The notes under the pieces: generated by a model
Told to the model about the DNA's origin: nothing
Databases searched by the model: none
The model's input: the letters and a program-made list of their open reading frames with translations, nothing else
Program-made: the position numbers and the translations under genes
Source of the DNA: Chloroflexota bacterium
GTDB taxonomy: Bacteria > Chloroflexota > UBA11872
Direction: 5' to 3'
DNA: 64,000 bases
Assembly: GCA_965243625.1 (NCBI GenBank)
Contig: CBDEVI010000002.1
Span: forward strand, 2,339,475-2,403,474
Shown here: in pieces, positions 63,179-64,000 of the stretch
Layout of the letters: each line of letters begins with the position of its first letter
Numbering within the stretch: position 1 is the stretch's first letter

Positions 63179-64000
63179 ATGGATACCCACCCGCAGCCGT
63201 CGGCCACTGAGCCAACGACAAGCGTCGCCACCCCGCACCCGGTCCTCGCGGTCGAGGACCTCACCATGTACTACGCGACGCGGGCCGGCGACGTGCGCGC
63301 CGTGGATGGGATCTCATTTGCCGTCCAGCGCGGGGAGTCCGTCGGGCTGGTGGGCGAGTCCGGCTGCGGCAAGTCGTCCATCGCCATGGCTTTGCTCAAG
63401 CTGCTGCCGGAGAACGCCCGCCTCATGCGGGGCAAGATCTTGCTCAACGGCACCGATCTGGCGCCGCTCTCCGACGACGAGATGCGGCCGCACCGCTGGA
63501 ACCACATCGCCATGGTGTTCCAGGCGGCCATGAACGCGCTCAATCCCGTCTACCGGGTCGGCGACCAGATCATCGAGGCCCTGGACGCCCACATCCGGTC
63601 GACTCCTGAGATCTCCATGGAGCGCGTGCGCGAGCTCTTCGACCTGGTGAGCCTCGACCCAAGCTTCATTCCGCGCTATCCGCACGAGTACAGCGGCGGC
63701 ATGAAGCAACGCGCCGGCATCGCCATGGCCCTGGCCTGCGAGCCGGACCTCTTGATCGCGGACGAGCCGACCACGGCGCTCGACGTCATCGTGCAGGACC
63801 GCATTCTCAAGGAGCTGCGGAAGGTCCAAGAGGCTCTGAACATGAGCCTGATCTACATCTCGCACGACATGGCCGTCATCGCCGAAGTCAGCCACGCGGT
63901 GGGCGTCATGTATGCCGGCCGGATCGTGGAGTGGGGCGAGACGGTGGATGTCTTCCACCGCCCCATCCATCCCTACACGCAAACCCTGATGTCGGCCTTT
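63179..64000 (+). CDS. ABC transporter ATP-binding protein (DppD/OppD type), partial at window end
   Basis: Hand translation from the ATG after GAAGGA: MDTHPQPS...GESGCGKSS (Walker A), YSGGMKQR (signature), [12 protein letters not shown] (Walker B). Runs off the window. Confidence 0.9.
   Translation, partial: MDTHPQPSATEPTTSVATPHPVLAVEDLTMYYATRAGDVRAVDGISFAVQRGESVGLVGESGCGKSSIAMALLKLLPENARLMRGKILLNGTDLAPLSDDEMRPHRWNHIAMVFQAAMNALNPVYRVGDQIIEALDAHIRSTPEISMERVRELFDLVSLDPSFIPRYPHEYSGGMKQRAGIAMALACEPDLLIADEPTTALDVIVQDRILKELRKVQEALNMSLIYISHDMAVIAEVSHAVGVMYAGRIVEWGETVDVFHRPIHPYTQTLMSAF

Overview
High-GC (about 68-70%) bacterial chromosomal window that is densely coding: about 60 protein genes, and no rRNA, tRNA or CRISPR array that I could recognise by eye. 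Family calls come from motifs read in the translations; no searches were run. Internal start codons were placed by counting residues in the supplied ORF track. Hand-located motif coordinates may be off by 1-2 nt.

Most genes are housekeeping or accessory metabolism: an SDR, polyprenyl synthase, YvcK-like protein, HAD hydrolase, TsaC, DEAD-box helicase, Rel, RecJ, IlvD, NudC, a PutP-like symporter, and a peptide-type ABC transporter with an embedded molybdoenzyme. There are also two VapBC-type toxin-antitoxin pairs, two Fic proteins and a DUF2442/DUF4160 pair.

The standout is a minimal podovirus-like gene set of about 11.7 kb on the minus strand.
- It is split into a packaging block (26484-30209: portal, TerS-like, TerL) and a capsid/tail/fibre/lysis block (11465-19419).
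- The two blocks are separated by about 7 kb of non-viral, mostly opposite-strand genes.
- Each block is preceded by a nearly identical AT-rich palindrome (CGTTAC-WATA-GTAAC) sitting in the spacer of a promoter-like site.
- No integrase, repressor, replication, scaffold or protease genes are visible.
- I read it as either a domesticated particle (GTA-like) or a decaying prophage.

Other notable points:
- Intergenic DNA is packed with at least five families of REP/MITE-like hairpin repeats. One copy sits in frame inside a GH127 gene.
- Two gene junctions carry long duplications (28 bp perfect, and 48 bp at 42/48 identity) flanking inserted DNA.
- A translationally coupled tandem pair of 283-aa paralogues has no family I can name.
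- A methyltransferase gene at about 50% GC looks foreign.
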